A stretch of DNA of 64,000 bases from Eubacterium sp. (lineage in GTDB: Bacteria > Bacillota > Clostridia > Oscillospirales > Acutalibacteraceae). This document shows, piece after piece, positions 19,073 through 28,632 of this stretch. The stretch covers positions 15,815-79,814 of the forward strand of contig JAFSRX010000013.1 of assembly GCA_017445905.1 (NCBI GenBank), read 5' to 3'. How positions within the stretch are numbered: the first letter of the stretch is position 1; the number at the start of each line of letters is the position of its first letter. The position numbers and the translations under genes were made by a program. Under the pieces are notes generated by a model. That model saw only the letters and a program-made list of their open reading frames with translations, was not told the origin of the DNA and made no database searches.

Positions 19073-21667
19073 ATGGCAAATAAAAAAACAACAACTAAAA
19101 AGCCTGCACCTAAAAAAGCTCCTGCAAAAAAAGCAGAGCCTAAGCAGGCCGAAATCAGTCAGGATAATGAAGACGTTAAAAGAATTATCAGCATAGTTAT
19201 TTTTGCGCTTTCTCTGCTGTTTTTCTTTGTTGCGGTTATTCCGGGCGAAGGAGTATGGCTGGCTGTACATAATTTTCACATCGGTTTGTTCGGATGGCTT
19301 GCGGCAATAGTATTTCCGATACTCTGCCTTGTTTATTCGTTTTTATTTACGGTTAAAAAGCCGAAGAAGAATATGACCTTTGAAGCGGTTTCAATAGTTA
19401 TTTTAATACTTCTTGTTTCAAGCCTGATACATATTATAAGAAATCAGCCCGGTGCTGCTTTTGTTGAAACTTTTAAAACTGCTTATCTTGATGCGCCTTC
19501 AACCTTTAACGGAGGATTTTTCGGAGCAGTTTTCGGATGGCTTCTTTTAACTCTCGGAAAAGCACCTGCAATAATTGTTGATCTTATTATCGCATTTACT
19601 GATATTCTTCTCTTATTCAGAGTAACTGTTAATCAGTTCTTTAAAAATACTGCAAAACCCGTTAAAAAGGTTGTTGAAAAGGCAACTCCGTATATTGAAG
19701 AGCGCAGAGAAAAGAGAAGAATAAGCAATATCGATATTCCTCTTGACGAAGAGCCTCCCACAGCGGAGGATGAAAAGCCTAAAAGAAAGAAGAAAAAGTC
19801 CGTCTCAGAAGTTGAAGAGACTGTCTCTGAAACCGGCGACCCGATGGAAGATATCATTCGTGAAATGAATGAGAAAACCAGAAAAAACAGGGAAAAGAAA
19901 AAGGCGGAAGAATCCGAAGAAGAAAAGACCATTGATGAAATAATCGATGATTCCGATAAAAAAGCCGAAGGAAAGAAAGAGAACAAAGAAAAGAAAACAG
20001 AGGAATTCAAAGTCAGCGATGATGATATGAATAAGGCTGTTGCAGAGTATGTAATTCCTCCGGTTGATATTCTTAAATTTATGGCTAAAAAATCTCAGAA
20101 GGATGTTAACAATGAACTCAGGGATAATGCCGAACTCCTTGTTGATACTCTTCATTCCTTCGGAGTTGAGGCTAAGATAACCGATATTTCAAGAGGACCT
20201 ACAGTAACTCGCTACGAGCTTAAACCTGCAGCAGGCGTAAGAATATCAAAGATAACAAATCTTGCCGATGATATAGCGCTTAATCTTGCTGCAACCCATG
20301 TAAGAATAGAAGCGCCAATCCCCGGTAAAGCAGCAGTAGGTATTGAAATTCCGAATACAATCAAGAATGCTGTTTCAATGAGAGAGCTCATTGATTCAGA
20401 CGAATTTAACAGTCAGAAATCAATCCTTTCCGCTGCGCTCGGTAAGGATATTGCAGGTAAAACAATATTCTGCGATGTTGAAAAGATGCCCCATCTTCTT
20501 ATCGCAGGAACAACGGGCTCGGGTAAATCTGTATGTATGAACTCTATTATTGTTTCAATCCTATACAGAGCTAAACCCGATCAGGTTAAATTCCTTATGA
20601 TAGACCCGAAGAAGGTTGAATTTTCAAAGTATGAAAACATTCCCCATCTTCTTGTTCCCGTTGTAACCGATCCGAGAAAGGCATCAGGTGCGCTTGGATG
20701 GGCAGTTTCTGAAATGCTGAGAAGATATCAGTGCTTCTCTGATACAGGCGTTCGTAATATTGAGGGATATAATGCCTTTGTTAAAAAGCATAAGGATATG
20801 GAGCCAATGCCGAGAGTTGTTATCTGTATCGACGAGCTTGCCGATTTGATGATGGCTGCACCTAAAGAGGTTGAAGATTCAATCTGCCGTCTTGCTCAGA
20901 TGGCTCGTGCAGCAGGAATGCATCTTGTTATTGCAACTCAGAGACCTTCAGTTGATGTTGTAACCGGTCTTATCAAGGCTAATATCTCATCAAGAATAGC
21001 GCTAACAGTATCTTCTCAGATTGATTCGAGAACCATTCTTGACACAGGCGGTGCTGAAAAGCTCCTCGGTCACGGTGATATGCTTTATGCTCCAATCAGC
21101 GAAAGCAAGCCACTTCGTGTTCAGGGCGGATATATCAGCGATGAAGAGGTTGAAGAGCTTTGTGAATTTATTAAGTCACAGGGCGAGAGTCAATACAGCG
21201 AAGAAATCGAAAAAGAAATCGAAAGCAAAGCCGCTCAGGAAAAAGGCGCGTCCTCTCCGTTTAAGGATGACGAGCCAGCCGACGACCTTGACCCGCTCTT
21301 TGAAAAAGCAGTTGAGGTTATTCTTGAAAATCAGAGAGCTTCAACCTCATTCCTTGAAAGAAAGCTCGGAGTTGGTTATTCAAGGGGCTCAAAGATTATG
21401 GACCAGGTTGAAGAAAAGGGAATTATCGGTCCTCAGGACGGCGCTAAGCCAAGAGAAATCAGAATAACTATGCAGCAGTGGATTCAGATGAAAGCAAACG
21501 GACCCGCACCTGATTTTACAGCTGAGAATACAGAGCAGATGAGCTTTGAAACATCAGAGGAAGAAAAAGAGAAAGAAAACGATAATTTCTTCGATGATCT
21601 TGATGACGATGAACTTGCAAATACCGATTTAGACAGCTTATATAATATTGATTACAACGATGACTGA
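19073..21667 (+). CDS. ftsK: DNA translocase FtsK/SpoIIIE
   Basis: N-terminal TM region, GPTVTRYE, IAGTTGSGKS, IDELADLMM, ATQRPS, gamma domain GPQDGAKPRE. Confidence 0.97.
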   Translation: MANKKTTTKKPAPKKAPAKKAEPKQAEISQDNEDVKRIISIVIFALSLLFFFVAVIPGEGVWLAVHNFHIGLFGWLAAIVFPILCLVYSFLFTVKKPKKNMTFEAVSIVILILLVSSLIHIIRNQPGAAFVETFKTAYLDAPSTFNGGFFGAVFGWLLLTLGKAPAIIVDLIIAFTDILLLFRVTVNQFFKNTAKPVKKVVEKATPYIEERREKRRISNIDIPLDEEPPTAEDEKPKRKKKKSVSEVEETVSETGDPMEDIIREMNEKTRKNREKKKAEESEEEKTIDEIIDDSDKKAEGKKENKEKKTEEFKVSDDDMNKAVAEYVIPPVDILKFMAKKSQKDVNNELRDNAELLVDTLHSFGVEAKITDISRGPTVTRYELKPAAGVRISKITNLADDIALNLAATHVRIEAPIPGKAAVGIEIPNTIKNAVSMRELIDSDEFNSQKSILSAALGKDIAGKTIFCDVEKMPHLLIAGTTGSGKSVCMNSIIVSILYRAKPDQVKFLMIDPKKVEFSKYENIPHLLVPVVTDPRKASGALGWAVSEMLRRYQCFSDTGVRNIEGYNAFVKKHKDMEPMPRVVICIDELADLMMAAPKEVEDSICRLAQMARAAGMHLVIATQRPSVDVVTGLIKANISSRIALTVSSQIDSRTILDTGGAEKLLGHGDMLYAPISESKPLRVQGGYISDEEVEELCEFIKSQGESQYSEEIEKEIESKAAQEKGASSPFKDDEPADDLDPLFEKAVEVILENQRASTSFLERKLGVGYSRGSKIMDQVEEKGIIGPQDGAKPREIRITMQQWIQMKANGPAPDFTAENTEQMSFETSEEEKEKENDNFFDDLDDDELANTDLDSLYNIDYNDD

Positions 21668-23546
21668 TCAAAATAAATTTCTCCCTATCAGCAAAAATGA
21701 TATGCGCCAAAGAGGATGGGATGAAGTTGATTTCGTTTATATAACGGGAGACGCTTATGTTGACCATCCCTCTTTCGGTGCGTCGATTATAACAAGGGTC
21801 CTTGAAGCAAAAGGATTTAAAGTAGCCGTACTAAGCCAGCCCGACTGGCGTAGCACGGCTGATTTTGTTCGTTTTGGAAAACCGAGACTTGCGTTTTTAA
21901 TAACAAGCGGAAATATTGATTCAATGGTTGCTCACTATACCGTTGCAAAGAAAAAACGCTCAACTGATGCCTACACAGCGGGCGGAGTTATGGGAAAAAG
22001 GCCCGACAGAGCTGTTATCGTTTATTCAAAAATGGTAAAGAGCATATATCCCGACGTTCCCGTTGTTATAGGGGGTCTTGAAGCGTCGCTGAGGCGTTTT
22101 GCCCATTATGATTACTGGGATGATGAGATAAAGCCGAGCATCCTTGTTGAGTCGCTTGCCGATTTGCTGATATTCGGAATGGGCGAAAATCAGATTATTG
22201 AAATGGCGCAAAGGCTTGATGACGGCGAAAGTATAAGTGAACTCCACGATATAAAGGGAACAACTTATGCCGTTGATGTAAGAGAAACGCCATATGTTGG
22301 AATTGAATGTCCGTCCTTTGATAATGTTAAAAACTCAAAAAATGAATATGCGAAAGCCTCCCGTATTCAGCAGGACGAGCAGGATCATATAAGAGGAAAG
22401 GCGATTAAGCAGAAACACGGCAAACTTATGGTCGTTCAGAATCCTCCTATGCCGCCGCTTACAACTCAGGAGCTTGACTGGGTTTATTCTCTTGAGTATC
22501 AGAGAGCCTACCATCCTGTTTATGAAAAGCTCGGCGGTGTTCCCGGTATTCAGGAGGTAGAGTTTTCAATAACTCATAACCGAGGCTGCTTTGGAGCTTG
22601 CAATTTCTGTTCAATAGCTTTTCATCAGGGAAGATATGTTACAACAAGGAGTAAAGAGAGCATAATCGATGAAGCAAAAAAGCTGACTGAAATGCCTGAT
22701 TTTAAGGGATATATCCACGATATCGGCGGTCCGACAGCGAATTTCAGAAAGCCCTCCTGTGAGTTTCAAAAGGAGCATGGACTCTGTAAGGGTAAAAAAT
22801 GCCTTGCGCCAACTCCATGTAAAAACATTGAAGCAGACCATAGCGAATATCTCGATATTTTAAGAAATGTTCGGAATTTACCAAAGGTTAAAAAGGTTTT
22901 TATCCGTTCGGGAATAAGATATGATTATTTGCTTGAAGATAGGGACGATACCTTTTTCAGAGAACTTGTCAAACACCATGTTTCGGGTCAGTTGAAAGTT
23001 GCTCCCGAGCATTGCAGCGCGGCAGTTCTCGATAAAATGGGAAAGCCCCATATCGAAGCGTATATTGAGTTTTCAAAAAGATATTTCAAATATACGTGCG
23101 AGATTAATAAAGAGCAGTATTTAGTTCCTTATCTGATGTCAAGTCATCCCGGCTCAACGCTTAACGATGCGATTGAACTTGCTCTGTTTTTAAAGAAAAA
23201 GCGCATTCGTCCCGAACAGGTTCAGGATTTCTATCCGACGCCCGGAACCATCTCAACAACGATGTATTATACGGGACTTGACCCCTATACAATGAAAGAG
23301 GTTTACTGCGCTAAAAATCCCCATGATAAAGCGCTTCAGAGAGCGCTCCTTCAGTATTTTAACCCGAAAAACAGAGCGCTTGTTGAAGAGGCGTTAAAGA
23401 AAGCAAAGAGATATGATTTAATCGGAAATGGTGAAAAATGTCTTATCAGTGCTCCGAAGAATATGAATTATAATAATCAGAGGAAAGTAACGAATAAGAG
23501 AAACAAAAACAGCAAACCCAAAGGCAGAAATTATGAAAAGCGATAA
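21660..23546 (+). CDS. ygiQ: YgiQ-family (UPF0313) radical SAM protein
   Basis: GDAYVDHPSFG, GNIDSMV, HNRGCFGACNFC, KVAPEH, QVQDFYPTP. Confidence 0.92.
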   Translation: MTDQNKFLPISKNDMRQRGWDEVDFVYITGDAYVDHPSFGASIITRVLEAKGFKVAVLSQPDWRSTADFVRFGKPRLAFLITSGNIDSMVAHYTVAKKKRSTDAYTAGGVMGKRPDRAVIVYSKMVKSIYPDVPVVIGGLEASLRRFAHYDYWDDEIKPSILVESLADLLIFGMGENQIIEMAQRLDDGESISELHDIKGTTYAVDVRETPYVGIECPSFDNVKNSKNEYAKASRIQQDEQDHIRGKAIKQKHGKLMVVQNPPMPPLTTQELDWVYSLEYQRAYHPVYEKLGGVPGIQEVEFSITHNRGCFGACNFCSIAFHQGRYVTTRSKESIIDEAKKLTEMPDFKGYIHDIGGPTANFRKPSCEFQKEHGLCKGKKCLAPTPCKNIEADHSEYLDILRNVRNLPKVKKVFIRSGIRYDYLLEDRDDTFFRELVKHHVSGQLKVAPEHCSAAVLDKMGKPHIEAYIEFSKRYFKYTCEINKEQYLVPYLMSSHPGSTLNDAIELALFLKKKRIRPEQVQDFYPTPGTISTTMYYTGLDPYTMKEVYCAKNPHDKALQRALLQYFNPKNRALVEEALKKAKRYDLIGNGEKCLISAPKNMNYNNQRKVTNKRNKNSKPKGRNYEKR

Positions 23547-23895
23547 AAAACAGACATATGTTATGATTGGAATAGTTTTGCTTATTCTTTCGGGAATAAT
23601 GCTTTATGTAACTATGTCTGCGCCAAAGGTGTATGAGAATAAGCAGTATTCAACAACCTTAACTAAATCAACTACTCAAAAAGAAACAACTATAACTGTT
23701 AAATATCCGCTTAATATCAATACTGCAAGTGTTGATGAGCTTGTATGCATAAAGGGTTTATCCGAGAAAATGGCTTTTTCGATTGTTGCGTACAGGGAAC
23801 AGATCGGAATGTTTGAGGATGTAAGCGAGATTATGAATATTAAAGGAATCGGCAAGAAAACTTATTATGAAATTGCTCCGTATTTAGAGGTCTGA
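23533..23895 (+). CDS. comEA: ComEA-type helix-hairpin-helix DNA-binding protein
   Basis: N-terminal TM; LNINTASVDEL..IKGL, IKGIGKKT. Confidence 0.85.
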   Translation: MKSDKKQTYVMIGIVLLILSGIMLYVTMSAPKVYENKQYSTTLTKSTTQKETTITVKYPLNINTASVDELVCIKGLSEKMAFSIVAYREQIGMFEDVSEIMNIKGIGKKTYYEIAPYLEV

Positions 23896-23899
23896 TTAT

Positions 23900-24610
23900 A
23901 TGATTAAAGAAGCAATAAAGAAGCTTTCTTTTGCCGTTTTTCCAAGGAGATGTGAACTCTGCGGCGAGGTAACAGAGCTTGATGAAGCACGCTGTGAGGA
24001 ATGCAGAAAGCTTAAAAGAATTGAAGGCGAGCTATGCAGAAAATGCGGAATTCCAAAGGATATATGCAGCTGCAAAAATAAAAGGAAAAAATCTGAATAC
24101 AAAGCCTTTATTGCGCCGTTTTATTATGAAAACAGTATTTCTGCAGGAGCAAACAGATTTAAAGACTATGGCTATCCCGAGCTTGCAAAAGCAATGGGAA
24201 AAGAAATGAGCGAGCATATAGAGGATTATTTCGGCGATGTTGAGTTTGATTTTATAACCTTTGTTCCGATGACTAAGAAAAAACAGAACAAGAGGGGATA
24301 TAATCAATCAGAGCTGCTTGCAAATGAGATATCCGAGATTTTGGATATTCCAGTTCTTGCGCTTCTCGATAAGGTTATAAGCACCCGCGACCAGAAAAAG
24401 AAAAGCGCCCGTCAAAGAGCGGTTAATCTTCGGGGAGCGTTTGACCTTAAAGAAGATGCCAATGTTGATGATAAAACTATTCTTTTAGTTGATGATATAA
24501 GAACAACGGGCGCAACGCTTAACGAGTGTTCATATGTTTTAAATGCATACGGCGCTAAAGCAGTTTATGCAACAACCTTTTGTATGACAAAAAAACACTT
24601 GAAAAAGTAA
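23900..24610 (+). CDS. comFC: ComF family protein (zinc ribbon plus PRTase-like domain)
   Basis: Paired CxxC motifs, RGYNQSELL, LLVDDIRTTGATL. Confidence 0.88.
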   Translation: MIKEAIKKLSFAVFPRRCELCGEVTELDEARCEECRKLKRIEGELCRKCGIPKDICSCKNKRKKSEYKAFIAPFYYENSISAGANRFKDYGYPELAKAMGKEMSEHIEDYFGDVEFDFITFVPMTKKKQNKRGYNQSELLANEISEILDIPVLALLDKVISTRDQKKKSARQRAVNLRGAFDLKEDANVDDKTILLVDDIRTTGATLNECSYVLNAYGAKAVYATTFCMTKKHLKK

Positions 24611-24641
24611 TAATAAAATGATAGAATATCAAAGCAAAGAA

Positions 24642-24895
24642 AGTTTCGCGTTTCGTTGTGTTCACAGCACAGTAATTAAACAAAACTAAATATGCGAGTA
24701 TGGCGGAATTGGCAGCATCGTCGCCGAAGCGCTCGCAGTGCGAGATAAAGCGAGGCGGGAATGGCGCAGCGGTCAAAATTCATCGGCGCACCAAGCCGGA
24801 ATGAATTTTGGGCACCGCAAGAGTCTCGCGTGTCGTTGTGTTCACAGCACAGTAATTAAACAAAACTAAATATGCGAGTATGGCGGAATTGGCAG
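24642..24895 (+). repeat. 74-bp direct repeat (tRNA leader plus first 22 nt of tRNA-Leu) around a 106-bp structured insert
   Basis: 24642-24715 equals 24822-24895 except for 2 mismatches; unique GC-rich insert at 24716-24821. Confidence 0.9.
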
Positions 24896-24958
24896 ACGCG
24901 CTAGATTTAGGATCTAGTATCTCCCGATGTGCAGGTTCAAGTCCTGTTACTCGCACCA
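24874..24958 (+). tRNA. trnL: tRNA-Leu (anticodon UAG)
   Basis: Acceptor stem GCGAGTA/TACTCGC plus ACCA, D-arm GGCGGAATTGGCAGACGC, anticodon arm CTAGA-TTTAGGA-TCTAG, long variable arm, GGTTCAAGTCC T-arm. Confidence 0.97.
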
Positions 24959-24960
24959 TT

Positions 24961-24993
24961 AAACAAAGGATACCGTTGCGGTATCCTTTGTTT
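24961..24993. terminator. Bidirectional terminator after tRNA-Leu
   Basis: Perfect 15-bp stem aaacaaaggataccg/cggtatcctttgttt. Confidence 0.9.
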
Positions 24994-25000
24994 AATATTT

Positions 25001-26812
25001 TTATTTTTTTGTTGTAACAGATTTCTTTGAACTCCAGGAAGAATAATACTTCTTGCCGCTTACAGTTTTATATGTTCTGATTCTGACATAGTACTTTTTC
25101 TTTGCCTTTAGCTTCTTAACCGTTGTCTTGGTCGTTTTGTTCTTCTTAACAGTTACGGTTTTAGCATTCTTGAACTTACTGCTGGTTGAATACTGAATCT
25201 GATAACCGGTTGTTTTGGTGGTTTGCTTCTTCCATGTTGCAGTAAATGCCTTCTTACCAGCCGTTACTTTTGAAAGAGAGGTACCCTTCGGGTTAATCTT
25301 ATAAGTCTTTTTAATTGAACCGCCGTAAGCATTTATACCTGTGATTGTAACAGTTGCAGTACCTACGTTTTTGTTGTTTTTATAAGTAACTTTATAGTCA
25401 GTTCCTTTTACAAGTGTTTTTCCGCCGAGCTTTACGGTAACGGTCTGGCTTGTTGCCTTACCTGTATAGGTCTTTGCCTTAATTCCCGTAACCTTAGCTT
25501 TTGCAATGCTGATGAGTTTAGGAACAGTAACGGGAGTTCTGCTGAATTCCTTACCGCAAACAGAACATTTTTCGACCTCGTCGTATGAGCCTGTGGTGTT
25601 AAGTGTTGCGGGGATTATGTTTTCTTTAACAGTAATCTTGGTATGCTCTGCAAGAGGTGCCGGTGATGTAGAAATAACTTCGCCACACTTTACACACTTA
25701 TAGCTTTTTATTCCGTTTTCCGTGCAGGTTGACGGTGTGGTAATGGTTCCACTGTCGGTTGTGCCGTGTACTCTATCCCATTTACGGGTGGAAACGCCCT
25801 GAATAATCTTGCTTGCTACGAGCGGATGGTCGCAGGCAGATTTTACATAAAGATTGTTAGCAACGCCCTTGAACGCCTCATCGCCGATAGAGGTCAAGCT
25901 ATCGGGAATATCCATAATGCTCTTAAGACTTGAACAGCCGCGAAAAGCACCAACTCCGATAGAGACAAGCGACGAAGAGCTGTTAATTAGAAGCTGCTGG
26001 AGAGCAGTGTTGCCTTCAAATGCGTAATCAGCAATAGTAGTAGTTTCATCACGCAGTTCAAATCCTGTGTTTGATTTACCCTGCGGATAGAGAATAAGCG
26101 TTGTTTTATTTTTGTTGTAGAGAACTCCGCTTGCCGAAGAATAAGTTTCGTTTGCTGAATTAACAGAAATACTTGATAAAGCAGGGCAGCCTGCGAATGC
26201 ACCCGATTTGATATCCGAAACTTTGCTGCCGATTGTAACGGTAGATAATTTCGTGCAGTTTGCAAATGCGCCACTAAAGATGGTTTTAACGCTGTTCGGA
26301 ATTGTGATGCTTGTCAGATTTTCGCAATATTCAAATGCGTTTACAGCAATATACTGAAGCTTACTCGGAAGGGTAATGCTCGAAATAGCAGTGCTTCCAA
26401 AAGCAGCCTCACCTATTGTGATTAACTCGCTGCCGCTAGCAAATGTAACACTTGATAAACCGAAGCAAAGATTGAATGCATAGTTATTGATAGTCTTAAC
26501 CGTAGCCGGAATGGTTACACTTTCGATATTATCATTTTCCTGGAATACCTCTTCGCCGATTTGAACAACCGTATTGCCGTTTATTATGGACGGAATTGTA
26601 ATGTTCGCATCGGTAGTACCGGCAGAAAGCGCCTCAAAATCCGTAATCGTAGCCTCGGTTCCGTTGAGGTTATAATAGAAGGTATTACCGCCAAGCGTAC
26701 TTTCCTGAACGTATTTGTATTGGCCTTTGTAGGCGTGTGCCGTAAACGGCAGCGCAGTCAGTGTGGTTAGTATCATCATTAAAGATAATACAAGTGATAG
26801 AGTTTTTTTCAT
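25001..26812 (-). CDS. Secreted BspA-type leucine-rich-repeat surface protein with an Ig-like and a Lys-rich FN3-like C-terminus
   Basis: Sec signal peptide; TpLRR repeats (IGEAAFG, L.SITIPNSVKTI..GAF..C..L); CxxC repeats; GYQIQYS...YYVRIRTYK..WS tail. Confidence 0.88.
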   Translation of the reverse strand: MKKTLSLVLSLMMILTTLTALPFTAHAYKGQYKYVQESTLGGNTFYYNLNGTEATITDFEALSAGTTDANITIPSIINGNTVVQIGEEVFQENDNIESVTIPATVKTINNYAFNLCFGLSSVTFASGSELITIGEAAFGSTAISSITLPSKLQYIAVNAFEYCENLTSITIPNSVKTIFSGAFANCTKLSTVTIGSKVSDIKSGAFAGCPALSSISVNSANETYSSASGVLYNKNKTTLILYPQGKSNTGFELRDETTTIADYAFEGNTALQQLLINSSSSLVSIGVGAFRGCSSLKSIMDIPDSLTSIGDEAFKGVANNLYVKSACDHPLVASKIIQGVSTRKWDRVHGTTDSGTITTPSTCTENGIKSYKCVKCGEVISTSPAPLAEHTKITVKENIIPATLNTTGSYDEVEKCSVCGKEFSRTPVTVPKLISIAKAKVTGIKAKTYTGKATSQTVTVKLGGKTLVKGTDYKVTYKNNKNVGTATVTITGINAYGGSIKKTYKINPKGTSLSKVTAGKKAFTATWKKQTTKTTGYQIQYSTSSKFKNAKTVTVKKNKTTKTTVKKLKAKKKYYVRIRTYKTVSGKKYYSSWSSKKSVTTKK

Positions 26813-26831
26813 ATTGATTTCTCCTTTAAAT

Positions 26832-28490
26832 TTACTTAACTTTTATCGTAACTGTTACCGTTACGGTTTTTGACTTATAGGCTGAAGTGCCTGCGGCTTT
26901 AACCTTAACTTTCACTTTATAAGTGCCTTTTTTAAGACCTTTTTTAACGGTGATTTTTCCGGTTTTCTTATCAACGGTTATCTTTTTGTTGCCGCTTGAC
27001 TTGGCATAGGTAACTGTTCCCTTTGCATTTGAAACGGTGATTGCCTCCTTGCGGGTTATGTACTGCGTCTTTTTCTTAAGCTTTGAATACTTAACCGTTG
27101 GCTTCTTCGCTTTTGCAGAAAGGGTGTTGGTATATTTTTCGCATTTCGCAACGGTCTTTGTTTCTTTTTTGCCGCATTCTTCACAGACGAATTCTATCAG
27201 TCCCGTTTCGGTAGGGGTTGGATATTTAGTTATTACTCCTTGACCGAAAATGTGGTCGCAGAGTTCAATCGCATATCCTCCGTCTGTTTCGCTGCTTCCG
27301 CAGAGAACACATTCGTGATACCTGAGAGCGGTTTTTCCGTAAGTCGCACAGGTAGGCTCAATTTCATCATCTATAATATTCCATTCGCCCCAGTTATGCC
27401 CGATGGAAATGAAATTATAGTTGTTTTTTTCGGCATACGCCTCAGCCGTTGAGCCTTTGCAGGCATAAATCGTCGTTAAGGCTGAGAACTTAGCTTCAAT
27501 ATTAACGGAGTACGAATAGACGTTGACTTTAGTTAAATCGACGCAGTCTGCAAAAGCCATATTTTGAATTCTTTTAACGTTTCGCGGGATATCAATGCCC
27601 TTTAATGAAGCGCATTGGCTGAACGCTGCTTCGCCGATTTCCGTTAAGCTTTCCGGGAGAGAAACATAGGTCATATTAACAAGATTATAGAAAATACCGT
27701 CATCAATACATGTTATTCCCTCTTCAACAAATGCCGTCTTAACATCGTCTTTATAACCGTAAAATCCGGGATTGCCAAAGAAATAATTATCGGTAGAGCC
27801 GGTGCCTTTAATTGTTAAAGCCTTGGTTGTATCGTTGAAAACATAGTATGCGTTGTCGCCGCAGTTACCTGCAAAGCTGTATTCATTAAATTTTGCGCCG
27901 TACAGGCAGATATTGGTTTCGGCGATTTCAATATCATCATTGAAACTGTTAACAGAGTCTGCATAATAAATGAACTCTAATTTTTCGCAGTCCGTGAAAG
28001 CGTCATCCTTTATTGAAACGAGGGCGGTCGGCAGAGATATCGCCGATAAGCTTGTACAGCCTCTGAAGGCGCCTTCGCTGATGACTGAAACAGGTCCGCG
28101 GATAAAAGCCGTTTTAAGGCTGCTGCAACCCTTAAACGCCCAGCCGGCAATTGTTGTAACGCTAAAGGGAATATCAACTCTCTCAATGTTTTCACAATCA
28201 TAGAATGCGGAATCGCCTATTTTTGTTATTCCCTCGGAGATAATAACCTTTTTAAGCGTCGTGTTTGCGTCGAAAACGCTGTCGCCTATGGCAACTACAT
28301 TCTTTCCTCCGAGAGTCGCCGGAATTACAAGCTCCTCCGCGTTGCCGTTATAGCCCGTTATCGTTGCCTGACCTGTGGAAACCGAATAGGTAAAGTCCCC
28401 GTCGGTATCGGCAAATGCCGCAATCGGCGCAGCCGAAAAGACGGACATAATCATAATCAAGGACAATAGGATTGATATGGATTTTTTCAT
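26832..28490 (-). CDS. Secreted BspA-type LRR surface protein with a Lys-rich C-terminal module
   Basis: Signal peptide, TpLRR repeats, HECVLC/CEECG motifs, ...KTVTVTVTIKVK tail. Confidence 0.88.
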   Translation of the reverse strand: MKKSISILLSLIMIMSVFSAAPIAAFADTDGDFTYSVSTGQATITGYNGNAEELVIPATLGGKNVVAIGDSVFDANTTLKKVIISEGITKIGDSAFYDCENIERVDIPFSVTTIAGWAFKGCSSLKTAFIRGPVSVISEGAFRGCTSLSAISLPTALVSIKDDAFTDCEKLEFIYYADSVNSFNDDIEIAETNICLYGAKFNEYSFAGNCGDNAYYVFNDTTKALTIKGTGSTDNYFFGNPGFYGYKDDVKTAFVEEGITCIDDGIFYNLVNMTYVSLPESLTEIGEAAFSQCASLKGIDIPRNVKRIQNMAFADCVDLTKVNVYSYSVNIEAKFSALTTIYACKGSTAEAYAEKNNYNFISIGHNWGEWNIIDDEIEPTCATYGKTALRYHECVLCGSSETDGGYAIELCDHIFGQGVITKYPTPTETGLIEFVCEECGKKETKTVAKCEKYTNTLSAKAKKPTVKYSKLKKKTQYITRKEAITVSNAKGTVTYAKSSGNKKITVDKKTGKITVKKGLKKGTYKVKVKVKAAGTSAYKSKTVTVTVTIKVK

Positions 28491-28510
28491 AAAATCATCC
28501 TTTCTTTTTT

Positions 28511-28632
28511 AATTCGGAATGCGGAATGCGAAATGCGGAATTAGCGGATACTCACTTAGTTCGGACAATTAATTATAAGAGGCGTGCGCAACACCATATA
28601 ACTCCGAATTCCGAACTCTGAATTCATAATAA
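28511..28632 (+). repeat. Complete heptamer-armed mini-element (E4)
   Basis: Left arm aattcgg-aatgcgg-aatgcga-aatgcgg-aatt, conserved core, complementary right arm aactccg-aattccg-aactctg-aattcat. Confidence 0.7.

Noticed and set aside
19633-20155. Ser/Phe-rich minus-strand ORFs
   Set aside because: Mirror of the Glu/Lys-rich FtsK linker codons.
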